The notes: generated by a model not told the origin, from the sequence alone. A DNA stretch of 64,000 nt from an uncultured Eubacteriales bacterium (GCA_949001935.1 CARJLX010000004.1:23023-87022); one strand, 5' to 3'. Counted from the stretch's first letter, positions 1-10,400 are shown. Program-made: numbers and translations.

Positions 1-1704
1 AATTTTTCCATATATTATCCTTTCTCTCTTTTCGTAATCTTTTAAAACCTTTGTTTCACCAAAGCCATTTTCTTTCATAATCTTTCGCACGCTAGATCCT
101 TGCTTTGAACCGATTTCAAACATCAATATACCATTTTTATTTAATCTTCTACAAGCATCTTGTGTTATCTTGCGATAAAAATCAAGCCCATCTTCGCCAC
201 CATCTAGTGCAAGCCGAGGATCATATTTTTTTACCTCTTCGTCAAGTTTTTCTATCTCTTTGCTTTCAATGTAAGGTGGATTTGAAATTATTATATCAAA
301 CTTACGAGATTTTTTCAAGCCTTTAAACAAATCACTTTCAACAAAATCTATCTTTACATTATGTTTTTTGGCATTATTCATTGCAACTATCAACGCCGAC
401 TTAGAAATATCTATTGCTGTCACCCTAGCATTGGTATTTTTTGCGATTGAAACCCCAATCGCTCCACTACCTGTACAAAGGTCACAAACATCCTTAAATT
501 TATTACTGACAATAATCTTGATAGCCTCTTCAACCAATTGCTCGGTTTCCACTCTTGGAGATAAAACTTTTTTGTTAATATCAAATCTAAGCCCATAAAA
601 ATCTACAAATCCAAATATGTTTGAAAGTGGTTCACCTTTGGCACGCCTCTCAGTTGCAGACATTATTTCACGATATTGCTTGTTCGTTATAGAATGTATA
701 AGTTTAATTTCTGCACGATTTTTATTTAAAACAGTAGCAATAATCCAGTCAACATCGCTTTTTTCATAACGCTCTTTACTTTCAAGTTTGGTTTGCATTT
801 CTGTATAGACAGCAGAAAGAGCTATCATGCCATCTTCACTGACTGATAATTTTTCGCCTTTTGAAATTTCGCTTTCAAGTCCTGCCACTTTAGCAATTTC
901 CTCCTGAGTAATATTGGGTTTTATGCTAATAAACCATGAAGTTATTATACAAATGCGTGAAAGTTTGGGATATTTTTCTAAAAAAAACAGAAATTCATAA
1001 CAAAATCCCATACTTAACACAACAATTGCAAGATTTACAAGCAGATTTGCCCACCAATTTATGTTTATTGCAACCAATGATACCATAAAAATGCTAAACA
1101 ATAAAGTAAAAACAAAGAAATTTAAAAAATTTAGTGGTCTATGCCAATTAAATTTAATATTTTCCACCTCTTTTTGCTTTGTTATATTAAAATTTCGTGC
1201 ACACGCACCATTAAACTTATAAAAATATTGCATAGAAGGAAGAAATCTTAATACAAGTAAAATCAAATAGAATAAAAATACTTTAAATAAGGCTATAATA
1301 AAGGCCCTTAATCTAAAATTTAAAGAATTCCCCAACACGACAAAAGATAATTTTGCAGGGAATACACCTAAAACAAGATAACAAATCAAAAAACTCAAGG
1401 CGATACTTATTAAAATAAAAAAATATCTTGCACTAATATAAAATTTTTGAGAAATTGTTTTAGAAAGTTTACTTTCCTCTAAATTGAGCATATTGTATGA
1501 AATATTAAAAGCAGAAAAAAGTGCTATTAAACCGCAAAAAAAGTATTGAATACCACGAAACATAATCCAATTAAAATATATTATTTTATTTTTAGTTTTG
1601 TCACTTACAACTTTTTTCCCGCCATCTAGCCCGATAACCGCCGTCGAAAGTGTCTTACCATTGAAGCAACTTATACCATTACTTGAAGGAAAATAATATT
1701 TCAT
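1..1704 (-). CDS. prmC: Multi-TM membrane domain (possibly degenerate DUF1385-like) fused in frame to release-factor glutamine N5-methyltransferase PrmC; 3' end runs off the window
   Basis: Hand translation of the minus strand from ATG 1704 stays open to position 1 (568 codons). It is absent from the ORF track, presumably because it has no in-window stop. The C-terminal half carries PrmC signatures: KGEPLSNIFGFVDFYGLRF, VLSPRVETE, SAM motif DLCTGSGAIG, NPPY (271-282) and PRLALDGGEDGLDFY. The N-terminal ~290 aa is strongly hydrophobic. Confidence 0.8.
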   Translation of the reverse strand, partial: MKYYFPSSNGISCFNGKTLSTAVIGLDGGKKVVSDKTKNKIIYFNWIMFRGIQYFFCGLIALFSAFNISYNMLNLEESKLSKTISQKFYISARYFFILISIALSFLICYLVLGVFPAKLSFVVLGNSLNFRLRAFIIALFKVFLFYLILLVLRFLPSMQYFYKFNGACARNFNITKQKEVENIKFNWHRPLNFLNFFVFTLLFSIFMVSLVAININWWANLLVNLAIVVLSMGFCYEFLFFLEKYPKLSRICIITSWFISIKPNITQEEIAKVAGLESEISKGEKLSVSEDGMIALSAVYTEMQTKLESKERYEKSDVDWIIATVLNKNRAEIKLIHSITNKQYREIMSATERRAKGEPLSNIFGFVDFYGLRFDINKKVLSPRVETEQLVEEAIKIIVSNKFKDVCDLCTGSGAIGVSIAKNTNARVTAIDISKSALIVAMNNAKKHNVKIDFVESDLFKGLKKSRKFDIIISNPPYIESKEIEKLDEEVKKYDPRLALDGGEDGLDFYRKITQDACRRLNKNGILMFEIGSKQGSSVRKIMKENGFGETKVLKDYEKRERIIYGKI

Positions 1705-1737
1705 ACCAAAATTATTGACATATATTTTTATTATTTT

Positions 1738-1771
1738 CACTTTTCTTTTAAAGAAAAGTAAACAAAAGAAA
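1738..1771 (-). repeat. Polypyrimidine/polypurine hairpin element, copy A (5' UTR of the prmC fusion)
   Basis: The plus strand reads cacTTTTCTTTTAAAGAAAAGtaaaCAAAAGAAA. On the minus (gene-sense) strand this is TTTCTTTTG..CTTTTCTTTAAAAGAAAAG, about 35 nt upstream of ATG 1704. Confidence 0.7.
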
Positions 1772-1840
1772 AATAAAAATTCCCCTATTGACTCCTATAT
1801 GTTTTTGTGTTAAAATAATTATGGAATAAGGAGGGAACTT

Positions 1841-2158
1841 ATGTACGCAATTTTAAAACAAGGAAAAGCACACATATTGCACATTGTTAATACTGGCGTT
1901 AGATCTGCAATTAAAGATGGTAAGCCTATTTATTACAATTCAATTAAAACCTCATGCGGTTTTACTGGAGTTGATTATAATCTAAATAACAATATAAGCA
2001 GTTTAATTAAATACGAAACCTCTAATGTTTATATGCCAGACTACGAATTACCAATCAAGGAACGAATTTCACCTATTGAAATCTATTTCACTTTAAATAT
2101 GCCAGAGCAAATACACTATGATAAAAAATGTCCTGAGTGTTTTAAAGAAAATTTTTAA
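1841..2158 (+). CDS. Hypothetical 105-aa protein with C-terminal C-P-E-C-F-K motif
   Basis: ORF track. Strong SD (AAGGAGGGAACTT-ATG) and a terminator follows. The C terminus (YDKKCPECFKENF) resembles the C termini of the two lipoproteins at 22389 and 22786. Confidence 0.6.
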   Translation: MYAILKQGKAHILHIVNTGVRSAIKDGKPIYYNSIKTSCGFTGVDYNLNNNISSLIKYETSNVYMPDYELPIKERISPIEIYFTLNMPEQIHYDKKCPECFKENF

Positions 2159-2170
2159 TTATAAATAAAT

Positions 2171-2202
2171 AAAAAAATATCCAAAATTTTGGATATTTTT
2201 TT
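2171..2202. terminator. Bidirectional intrinsic terminator between the 1841 ORF and rpmE
   Basis: Hairpin AAATATCCAAAATTTTGGATATTT flanked by an A-run and a T-run. Confidence 0.7.
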
Positions 2203-2220
2203 AGAAAGTGGCATTGCCAC

Positions 2221-2424
2221 TTATACACCATATTTATTTTTAAATTTTTCAACATTACCACTGGCATCAACAACCTTCTTCTTACCTGTGAAGAATGGGT
2301 GGCATTTGTTGCAAATATCAATGCTCATTGTGTCACCTTTAGCGTTAGACTTTGTTTTGAAAGTGTTTCCGCAAGCACAAACAACGGTAATTTCATGATA
2401 ATCTGGATGAATTTCCTTTTGCAT
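2221..2424 (-). CDS. rpmE: 50S ribosomal protein L31
   Basis: The 67-aa product [22 protein letters not shown]...[11 protein letters not shown] carries the L31 Cys motifs. Confidence 0.95.
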   Translation of the reverse strand: MQKEIHPDYHEITVVCACGNTFKTKSNAKGDTMSIDICNKCHPFFTGKKKVVDASGNVEKFKNKYGV

Positions 2425-2454
2425 AATCTTTCCCCTTTTATTTAAATTTTTAAA

Positions 2455-2745
2455 TTAATCTCCAACATATGGAAGAAGAGCTACATTTCTTGCACGCTTG
2501 ATAGCGGTAGTAAGTTCTCTTTGATGTTTAGCACAAACTCCAGTTTGGCGTCTTGGTAAAATCTTACCTCTTTCAGTGATGTACTTTTTGATTTTAGCAA
2601 CATCTTTATAATCAATTTCCTTTTCGCCAGCAACACAGAAAGCACAAACTTTCTTTTTTGCAGGTTTACGGAATTTCTTTGAAGGCATTGCAGCAACTTG
2701 AGTTTTCTCTTCTTTAACTGCAACTTCCTTGATTTCTTCGCTCAT
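2455..2745 (-). CDS. rpsR: 30S ribosomal protein S18
   Basis: ...[60 protein letters not shown]. The start was trimmed to ATG 2745 (SD AAAAGGAG). The longer track ORF reads through a repeat element. Confidence 0.95.
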   Translation of the reverse strand: MSEEIKEVAVKEEKTQVAAMPSKKFRKPAKKKVCAFCVAGEKEIDYKDVAKIKKYITERGKILPRRQTGVCAKHQRELTTAIKRARNVALLPYVGD

Positions 2746-2769
2746 GATTTTTCTCCTTTTAATGTTTTT

Positions 2770-2805
2770 CTCTTCTTTTCTTTCAAAGAAAAGAAGCAAA
2801 AGAAA
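2770..2805 (-). repeat. Polypyrimidine/polypurine hairpin element, copy B (5' UTR of rpsR)
   Basis: Gene-sense strand: TTTCTTTTGCTTCTTTTCTTTGAAAGAAAAGAAGAG, followed by ...AAAAGGAG...ATG. Confidence 0.75.
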
Positions 2806-2998
2806 TCTATATTACTGCTTTTTAAATTTGCATTAAGTTAAACGCTTCGTTTTACCAATTCGCAAATTTTGCAAAGCATTAAATTTTTTACTTTTTTATA
2901 ATTGATAGCAATTATAATTCACTTCCAATAATATAGTCGTGGGATATTTGGTACCTTGACCAAATAATCTATGTTTGTCAAATCAGGCTATAAGATAG

Positions 2999-3020
2999 CC
3001 GTGCAACATCTGGTTGCTAG
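2999..3020. repeat. GCAAC-N5-GTTGC palindrome motif, copy a (overlaps the ssb stop codon)
   Basis: The plus strand reads ccGTGCAACATCTGGTTGCtag, closely similar to the copies at 3485 and 45307. Confidence 0.6.
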
Positions 3021-3436
3021 AATGGAAGACTGTCGTCGTCATCAATAGGCTCAAGTTCACTTGTTTCCTTTTTAGCAGGCTTTGGAGTGGAAACTGGAGT
3101 GCTTTCTCCGTTGTCACTACTTCTTGAACCTAAAAATTCAACTTCGTCTGCAACAACTTCAGTTGTGTATCTCTTAGTGCCATCGCTTGCTTCATAACTA
3201 GAATTTTGAAGACGACCAACAACGGCACACTTAGATCCCTTCTTTAAAAACTTAGCACAGTTTTCACCTGCAGCTCTCCAAACAACAATGTTGAAGAAAT
3301 CTGCTTCTCTCTCGCCGTCAGCATTTTGAAATCTTCTTTGAACAGCGATTGAAAATCTGCAAACTGCAACGCCACTGTTTGTAGTTGCGAGCTCAGGGTC
3401 TTTAGTCAAATTTCCTATTAAAATAACTTTATTCAT
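3017..3436 (-). CDS. ssb: Single-stranded DNA-binding protein
   Basis: MNKVILIGNLTKDPEL... OB-fold N terminus and an acidic tail ending DDDDSLPF. The start was trimmed to ATG 3436 (SD GGAGG). Confidence 0.95.
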   Translation of the reverse strand: MNKVILIGNLTKDPELATTNSGVAVCRFSIAVQRRFQNADGEREADFFNIVVWRAAGENCAKFLKKGSKCAVVGRLQNSSYEASDGTKRYTTEVVADEVEFLGSRSSDNGESTPVSTPKPAKKETSELEPIDDDDSLPF

Positions 3437-3484
3437 AATTTCCTCCACGAATGCTCTAAAAACATTCTCTCTTGTATTTTTTTA

Positions 3485-3504
3485 TCGTGCAACATTTGGT
3501 TGCC
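3485..3504. repeat. GCAAC-N5-GTTGC palindrome motif, copy b (immediately 3' of the rpsF stop)
   Basis: The plus strand reads tCGTGCAACATTTGGTTGCC. Confidence 0.6.
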
Positions 3505-3786
3505 TTACTTTCTAACAATTTGAACGCGAACAACTGATTCGTTGATTGTCATAAGTTTTTTCAAACCGTCAACTTCATTTCCAGCGAGTTCAAAATTCAT
3601 AAGAACATAAAAACCTTCGCTCTTGAAGTTAATGTCGTAAGCAAGTTTTTTCATGCCCCATTTATCAACGCCGCTAACAACTCCACCTTTAGATTCAACA
3701 TAAGAAGAAAACTTTTTGATAATCTCCTCACGCTTTTCTTCGGTTTCGTCAGCAGAAATGATATAAAGAACTTCATACTTATTCAT
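3505..3786 (-). CDS. rpsF: 30S ribosomal protein S6
   Basis: MNKYEVLYIISADETEEKREEIIKKF...WGMKKLAYDI. The start was trimmed to ATG 3786 (SD AAAGGAGG). Gene order is rpsF-ssb-rpsR. Confidence 0.9.
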   Translation of the reverse strand: MNKYEVLYIISADETEEKREEIIKKFSSYVESKGGVVSGVDKWGMKKLAYDINFKSEGFYVLMNFELAGNEVDGLKKLMTINESVVRVQIVRK

Positions 3787-3810
3787 ATCTGACCTCCTTT
3801 TTGGACTATT

Positions 3811-3844
3811 GGTTTTCTTATATCTCAAAGAAAACAAAAGAAGC
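3811..3844 (-). repeat. Polypyrimidine/polypurine hairpin element, copy C (degenerate; 5' UTR of rpsF)
   Basis: Gene-sense strand: CTTCTTTTGTTTTCTTTGAGATATAAGAAAACC, then the SD. Confidence 0.5.
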
Positions 3845-3921
3845 AGTTTACTACTGCTCCTTTATATTAACATAATGAATATTTAATGTCAAGCATTATT
3901 TGATTTTAATTTATGGCTTTT

Positions 3922-4134
3922 TTATTCAACTTCTTCTAACAATTGATAAACTTCCATTTTAATATATCTAGCAATCTTAAATAATGCTCTAACATCAAAA
4001 TTGAAATCTTGATTAAGAATTTTTAAATAAGTTTTGTAATTAATACCACAAATTTTACAAAATCTTGTTCGACTTAAACCATTATTTTTTATAAAATCCT
4101 CAAAAATTTCAGTTTTTATTCGTGTTTCTTTCAT
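3922..4134 (-). CDS. Small helix-turn-helix (XRE-like) protein, 70 aa
   Basis: An HTH-like stretch (GLSRTRFCKICGINYKTYLKIL) and SD GAAAGGAGG. Confidence 0.55.
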   Translation of the reverse strand: MKETRIKTEIFEDFIKNNGLSRTRFCKICGINYKTYLKILNQDFNFDVRALFKIARYIKMEVYQLLEEVE

Positions 4135-4224
4135 ATTTTCCTCCTTTCAACTGGAGAATAACATAAAAACAGACACATAAATTTAAATCTGATTAACAAT
4201 CAGAATATTTTTGCTTATTTTTTT

Positions 4225-4385
4225 GAGTAAGGCGTTTGGTAAGCCCAAGGGAATTGAATGCTCTCGGTGGTTTTTGTCCACTTTTCACCAATTTGAAAAG
4301 TGAATTTTAAATATATCCCCATGAGAGTTGCGACAAATCGCCAACGCAAGTGCAATTTCGCTTGGTCGCAAATAGCGAGAACTTG
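4225..4385. ncRNA. Candidate structured RNA, unclassified, strand undetermined
   Basis: No ORF of 60 aa or more in any frame, and visibly more G+C than neighbouring intergenic DNA. It has several nested stems: TTGCGAC...GTCGCAA, CACTTTTCA...TGAAAAGTG, CTCTC...GAGAG. A bidirectional terminator bounds it. Confidence 0.3.
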
Positions 4386-4428
4386 CAAAAAACCATAGAG
4401 CTTTACATAGCAAAGTTCTATGGTTTTT
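4386..4428. terminator. Bidirectional intrinsic terminator (secA 3' end)
   Basis: AAAAAACCATAGAGCTTTACATAGCAAAGTTCTATGGTTTTT: a long stem flanked by A- and T-runs. Confidence 0.75.
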
Positions 4429-4442
4429 AAGCAAAATCAACT

Positions 4443-7172
4443 TTATTTTCCACAACAATTTTTATATTTCTTGCCACTTCCACAAGGACAAGGGTCATTT
4501 CTACCTATTTGTTTTTCAGTATTAACTATTGTTTGTTGTACATGAGGTTTTTTCTTTTTTGCTTGTTCGGCACGCTCTTCTGGCGTCAACTCCTTGCCCG
4601 TCATAACAACGGTATATTGAGGTTGAGGTGTCATTTGTTGAACTGGCTCTGGACGCTCAATTTGAGTGTTGAGTACGAATAAACAGGTCATATTTCTAAT
4701 CTTGTCTATCATCTTCTCAAACAACTCTGCACCGTCCTTTTTATATGCAAGAACTGGATCTTGATTACCAAATCCACGGGCAAAAATTTCATTTTTCATA
4801 GTTTGCATGTCTTCGATATGACTCATCCAATTAACATCAACCATTTTGAGTAAGATAAATCTTTCTATATCACCAAAATTATAGCCATACTCGTTTGCCT
4901 CTGCAACGCGGTCTTCATATCTCTTCACTACTAACTGAGTTAATTTTTCAACAACATCATTTACATCACAGTCTTCAACAAAGTCCTCTGTGACAACATT
5001 GCTACCTTTTTCAAAAAATCCCTTTTCTAGATCTTGATTAATCTCACTCAAATCCCATTCAAAATAAGGCTTATCGTCATTCAAGTATTTATAGCAAATC
5101 TTTGAAACCTGCTCTGGAAACATATTTAAAATTTGCTCATGAACAGGCTCTCCATCAAGCACTTTATTGCGTTCTGCATATATAATTTCGCGTTGTTTGT
5201 TTAACACGTCATCATACTGAAGAACCATTTTTCTAATTCCAAAATTTTGAAGTTCAATTTTCTTTTGAGCACCTTCAATTCTTCGTGAAAGCACTTTAAG
5301 TTGAATTGGAGTTGAATCGTCAAGACGCAAGAAAGTTGCCATTCTTTTGAACCAATCTCCACCGAACCTACGAATTAAATCATCCTCAAAAGAAAGGAAA
5401 AACACACTTGAGCCTGGGTCACCTTGACGACCTGCACGACCACGCAATTGATTGTCTATACGACGACTTTCATGACGCTCTGTTCCAATGATATGAAGTC
5501 CACCAAGAGCTTTAACCTCTTCCTTTTCTTTATCTGTTTCTTCTTTAAACTTATTATATAGAGATGTATATTTTTCTCTTGCTTCATTAAGTTTATTGTC
5601 ATCAACAGTGTTATAAGCGGTAGCATAGGAAATTTCTTCCTCTGTATAACCTAAATCTGTCATCTTCTTTTTAGCCATAAATTCTGGATTGCCACCAAGC
5701 AAGATATCTGTTCCACGACCTGCCATGTTAGTAGCAATTGTTATTGCATTCTTTCTACCAGCCTGAGCCACTATTTCACTTTCTTTTTCGTGGTTTTTAG
5801 CGTTCAAAACAACATGTTTTATTCCTGCATTTTTAAGTGCTTTTGAAACCAACTCACTCTTATCTATTGTTGTAGTTCCTACAAGAACAGGTTGTCCTTT
5901 TTCTTTACATTCCTTGATTTCTTCAATAATAGCATTAAGTTTTCCCTGTTCAGTCACATAAACAATATCTGCTTCATCAATTCGTTTTTTATCTCTATTA
6001 GATGGGATTGTGACAACATCAAGGTTATAAATAGATCTAAACTCGCCCTCTTCTGTCTTGGCTGTACCTGTCATTCCAGACAACTTCTTGTAAATTCTAA
6101 AGAAATTTTGAAAGGTTATTGTAGCCAAAGTTTGATTTTCGTCTTTGATTTGAACCCCCTCTTTGGCTTCTATTGCTTGATGCAATCCTGCACTAAATCG
6201 TCTACCTGGCATTATACGACCTGTAAACTCATCAACAATAACAACCTCACCTTCTTTTGTCACGATATAGTTATCATTTATGTGATAGGTAAAATTCGCT
6301 CTTAAAGCGTTATTGATATAGTGATTCAACTCTATATTTTCTATGTCTGAGAGATTGTTGAGATGGAAAAATCTTTCAGCCTTTTCAACACCACTTTCTG
6401 TAAGGTTGATTTGCTTGGTTTTTTCATCAATTTCTACATCTTGGTCTTTTTTAAGTGTTTTAGCAAACTTTTGTGCTGAAATATATCCATCACTTGACTT
6501 ATTACCTCTTCCGCTTATGATAAGTGGCGTTCTAGCCTCATCAATCAAGATTGAATCTACTTCGTCGACAATGGCAAAGTTAAGTCCGCGTTGTACACGC
6601 ATATTTTTATTAACAGCCATATTATCTCGTAGATAATCAAAACCAAGTTCGTTGTTTGTACAATAGGTTATATCTGCCTGATACGCCTTCTTTTTTTGTT
6701 GTTCGTTCATGTTGTTCAAAGTGACACCAACAGTAAGCCCTAAAAATTTATACACCTTACCCATCCACTCTGCGTCACGCTTTGCAAGATATTCATTTAC
6801 TGTAACAACATGAACACCATTCCCAGAAAGAGCGTTTAAATATGCAGGAAGAGTTGCAACTAATGTTTTACCTTCACCTGTTGCCATTTCTGCAATACGA
6901 CCTTGATGAAGAGCAATTCCACCTAAAATTTGGACATAAAAGTGACGCATATTCAAAACTCTCCAAGATGCCTCTCTTGCAACGGCAAAAGCCTCTGGCA
7001 AAATATCATTCAAAGTTTCACCAGCCTTTAGCCTATCTTTAAATTCCTGTGTGCAAGCAGTTAGTTGTTCATTTGTATATTCTTTATATTTATCCTCAAG
7101 AGCAACAACCTTGTCTGCTATTTTTTTAAGTTTTTTAACCTGAGTTTTATTTTCGCTAACAAAAAGCCCCAT
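4443..7172 (-). CDS. secA: Preprotein translocase ATPase SecA
   Basis: 909 aa with the Walker A region [20 protein letters not shown], a [19 protein letters not shown] box, and a C-terminal zinc motif [15 protein letters not shown]. Confidence 0.98.
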   Translation of the reverse strand: MGLFVSENKTQVKKLKKIADKVVALEDKYKEYTNEQLTACTQEFKDRLKAGETLNDILPEAFAVAREASWRVLNMRHFYVQILGGIALHQGRIAEMATGEGKTLVATLPAYLNALSGNGVHVVTVNEYLAKRDAEWMGKVYKFLGLTVGVTLNNMNEQQKKKAYQADITYCTNNELGFDYLRDNMAVNKNMRVQRGLNFAIVDEVDSILIDEARTPLIISGRGNKSSDGYISAQKFAKTLKKDQDVEIDEKTKQINLTESGVEKAERFFHLNNLSDIENIELNHYINNALRANFTYHINDNYIVTKEGEVVIVDEFTGRIMPGRRFSAGLHQAIEAKEGVQIKDENQTLATITFQNFFRIYKKLSGMTGTAKTEEGEFRSIYNLDVVTIPSNRDKKRIDEADIVYVTEQGKLNAIIEEIKECKEKGQPVLVGTTTIDKSELVSKALKNAGIKHVVLNAKNHEKESEIVAQAGRKNAITIATNMAGRGTDILLGGNPEFMAKKKMTDLGYTEEEISYATAYNTVDDNKLNEAREKYTSLYNKFKEETDKEKEEVKALGGLHIIGTERHESRRIDNQLRGRAGRQGDPGSSVFFLSFEDDLIRRFGGDWFKRMATFLRLDDSTPIQLKVLSRRIEGAQKKIELQNFGIRKMVLQYDDVLNKQREIIYAERNKVLDGEPVHEQILNMFPEQVSKICYKYLNDDKPYFEWDLSEINQDLEKGFFEKGSNVVTEDFVEDCDVNDVVEKLTQLVVKRYEDRVAEANEYGYNFGDIERFILLKMVDVNWMSHIEDMQTMKNEIFARGFGNQDPVLAYKKDGAELFEKMIDKIRNMTCLFVLNTQIERPEPVQQMTPQPQYTVVMTGKELTPEERAEQAKKKKPHVQQTIVNTEKQIGRNDPCPCGSGKKYKNCCGK

Positions 7173-7355
7173 TTCAAAAGTCCTCCATTTTTATATTAGA
7201 TTTTAACACAAAATTATAAAATTGCAAAGGTTTTTTATTATTAAAACCCAAAACAATATCTCTAACCGACAAATTTCTTTAATTTTCGGGCAATTATTAC
7301 ATCAACCTCATTTCGTTTTATCTAAAATATTTGACATATTTTGTTTTATGTATTC

Positions 7356-7384
7356 TTGACTTTCGCTACTTTTGGTGTTATTAT
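7356..7384 (+). promoter_or_regulatory. Sigma-A type promoter for the 1,388-aa gene
   Basis: TTGACT, a 17-nt spacer, then TATTAT, with a TG at the extended -10 position. Confidence 0.55.
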
Positions 7385-7419
7385 ATATTTATATATTAAC
7401 TAAGTTTAAGGGGAAAGGA

Positions 7420-10400
7420 ATGACTAATAAAAAAATAACCAATAATTTAAAAGTTTTTAAAGACAAGGAAACAAGGACTCTTTCCAAAGCTGATGCCGAA
7501 GCTTTTATTAAGAGTTTTAAACATACACTATCTATGGTATCTTCTCCAGAAGATATACTTGCTATTTTTAAAACTTCTAATACAAATGTAGCAACTTTAA
7601 AAAGAGATAGTGTTGTTTTAAATGCGGAATTTTTAGGCAAAGATAATCTTGACGCATTAAAAGCCAAATTCCCTAACCTAAACTATAATGAAAGTGAACA
7701 AACAATCACTCTTCCTATGCAACCACCTGAAGAAGGTCATGTGGAAGTTTACTCTCGTGACTCTAGCGGTGAAGATGAACCAGATGGTGGCGTTTTTGAA
7801 GTGACTATTACAAATGAACAAGGTGTAAAATACACTTGTTTTATCGACCCTCTTGGCGTAACAATTAAAGATTTGAATGGAATTGTTGTTGCAGAAAAAA
7901 GAGCTAGTTTTGAAAATATAACTCAAGAGCAAATATTAGATGCAGATTTTTCACCTGAACTTGTTGAAATGATTATGGCAGGAAAAGGTCCTTTAAAATC
8001 TCCAAAAAATATAAAAGATCTTTCTCCACAACTACTTGACCTTTATTTCAAAAATGGAGTTATTCCAACTCCCCCAGCAACCCAGCCAAGATTAAAGAAA
8101 GATGAAAACAATGCATTATATTTAGGCAGTGAAGATAGTTTTCAAATTATGGCACTCCCAACTCCTAAGTCAAGTGAAAAAAGTCCAGAATTTTACTATC
8201 TCGTGAAAGATAAAGATGGTCACAAATATATTCGTGATGGACAAAATTTTGTTCCATTTGAAAAGTTTAATTTTATTATTGGGCATACTGCAAATGAAAG
8301 CAAGGACAAGCCTTTCGTGTTATTTAACAAAAATAAAGGACATGAACAAAATAGATTTGTTCAAATTCCTCTAAATGCCGATGGCAAACCAGACCCAAGA
8401 TTTGCACAAGCAATACAAGCTTTTGCCGAACAAGAACCTTCAAGAGGAAAAGGAGAAACTGTTGGTTTGGATGGCAAGCCTGTTGACTTAAATGATAAAA
8501 ATCAAATTGCATTCCAACATGCAGATATAGACTCAGCAAAACATATTGTTAAACAAACTGGGCTTTCAACTATTTCTGCTAATGCAGGTAAAGGGAAAAT
8601 AATTGATCATGATGACCCTAAACCAGATGAAAAACCTGACCAACCTAAAAAACCTTCTGCTTCTAAAGGTCCTAGAGTCAACCCTTTCCAAAAAACACCT
8701 TTAAAAACAATCAAAAAGCCTCCTATCAAAATCAATGAGGACGCTGTTCGTTATGGTGGTTTTGCACTAACCATACTAATGATTGTTTTAGCATTCATCA
8801 TGCCAGTTGCTGTTGCTCCTTTATTTGGGTTCTTAGCAGTTGGAGTACTGGCAGGTTCAACTGTACTTGCAAATAATGCTAAAGCAATCAATAATAACCC
8901 AGTAAATCAAGCCTATAACAAATATGTTCAAACATTAACTAAAACAGAACGCGAAGCAGAAAGCGAAGCTGGCAAGTTCTGGGAAGCAGAAACAGAACGC
9001 GGAAATGCTTATGATAGATATCAAGAATTTTTAGCTCAAATTTCAGGAGAAGATTTTAAAAACAGCCTTCAAGGTGCTTTATTCAATCGTTTTATTGAAA
9101 GCGGATTATGGACTGAAAGAGAATTTAAAGAGTTTTGGAGTCAAGACAGCACCGAAAAGCGTGAAGTTTTCTTAGAAGACTTACAAAATCTTTATGCGAT
9201 GCAAGCAAACACTCAAGATGAAATTAATGCAAAAACGACAAAGCAAACCGAATTTTTAAAAAAGTTTGGTATTTTAAAAGACAATGCAACCTCAACAGAA
9301 ATTGAGGAGGTATTAAAAATTTTCAACACCCCTCTTCAAGCACAAAATCCTGAAACTGGCGAACCTATGGAAATTCCTGCTGATGCTCTTATTAAAGGAA
9401 GCATTGCTTACTTAAAAGAATTTAATGGTCAAGAAGATAAAATGTTCAAGGCTCACGACAAAGTTGGAGACATCATTGAAAATTGCAGTGGCAATACTTT
9501 GCAAAAAATCATGTCACAAAAAGGCGTTAACTTTGATAGGTTTATTGAAGAACATGCACTTGATATAGCAAGACGCTTTATGTTTAGAAATGATATCACG
9601 GCTTCTCAAAAAGAAGAATTAATTTCTAAATTTAAACCTGAACAAATTGACATGCTCAAAAAGGCTAGCGAAGAAGTAAGCTCAGCAATTGCTTTTACAA
9701 GCACAACTGGAATAATTGCAAAAGGTAAAGACGACAAATTTGTTTCTGCTATAAAATCACTTGAGTCAATAAACAATGTATATACTTTAATAAATGAATC
9801 TGTTGTTCCAGCGCTTAAAAAGAAATCACAAATTGAAGACGATACTGAGGCACTTTTATGGGCCATTTATGCAGAAGATGTAAAACGCACAACAAAACCT
9901 GAAGGGACTACTGAAAGAGTTAATGTTGACTCATTATATAAAGATGTTGAAAAGTATTCAGAAAATTTCACAAATCTTATAAAATTACAACAACAAATTA
10001 TTGCCGATCCTAGAATTAAGAAAATACTTGGTGAAGAGATAGTTTTATTCAATGATAATGCAACAATATTAAGCAATATTGCTTATGGTCAAGCTGGTCA
10101 AAGTAGCATAAATGCAATATTGCAACAAATTAGCAATCAAACCAATGGTTCTCTCAAGAAAGATATAGAAACTGTTTTAAATTTAGATAACTCTCGTATT
10201 GAAGCTTTAAACAATATAACTGGCGGCATGGCTGAACAATTATATTATTCTAAAGACAACGGTGAAATATTTGAAGAACCTACAAAAGAGTTTTTAAATG
10301 AACAAATCTCTCAACTTAAAAATCAATTCCCTGCCTTCAATGGCTATTCAGAAAAAACTCAAGAATTGATTGCCAAAATGTATATTAATAAAGAAAATGT

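Noticed and set aside
2746-2799. N-terminal extensions of track ORFs for rpsR (to 2799), rpsF (to 3837), gyrA (from 25744), uvrB (to 45381) and others, giving peptides such as FFERKEEK or [11 protein letters not shown]
   Set aside because: The extensions read through the polypurine arm of the hairpin repeat and lack an SD. Conserved N termini with good SDs start further in (2745, 3786, 25825, 45270).
5892-6636. Antisense or out-of-frame ORFs inside secA. The same class occurs inside the 1,388-aa gene, ychF, glnS, gyrB, gyrA, gltX, dnaB, typA, uvrB, cls, the oxidoreductase gene, the giant gene and the ABC-F gene.
   Set aside because: They are fully nested in well-supported genes. Their low-complexity, hydrophobic or Ser/Leu-rich translations are typical of the shadow frames of AT-rich coding DNA, and they have no SD.
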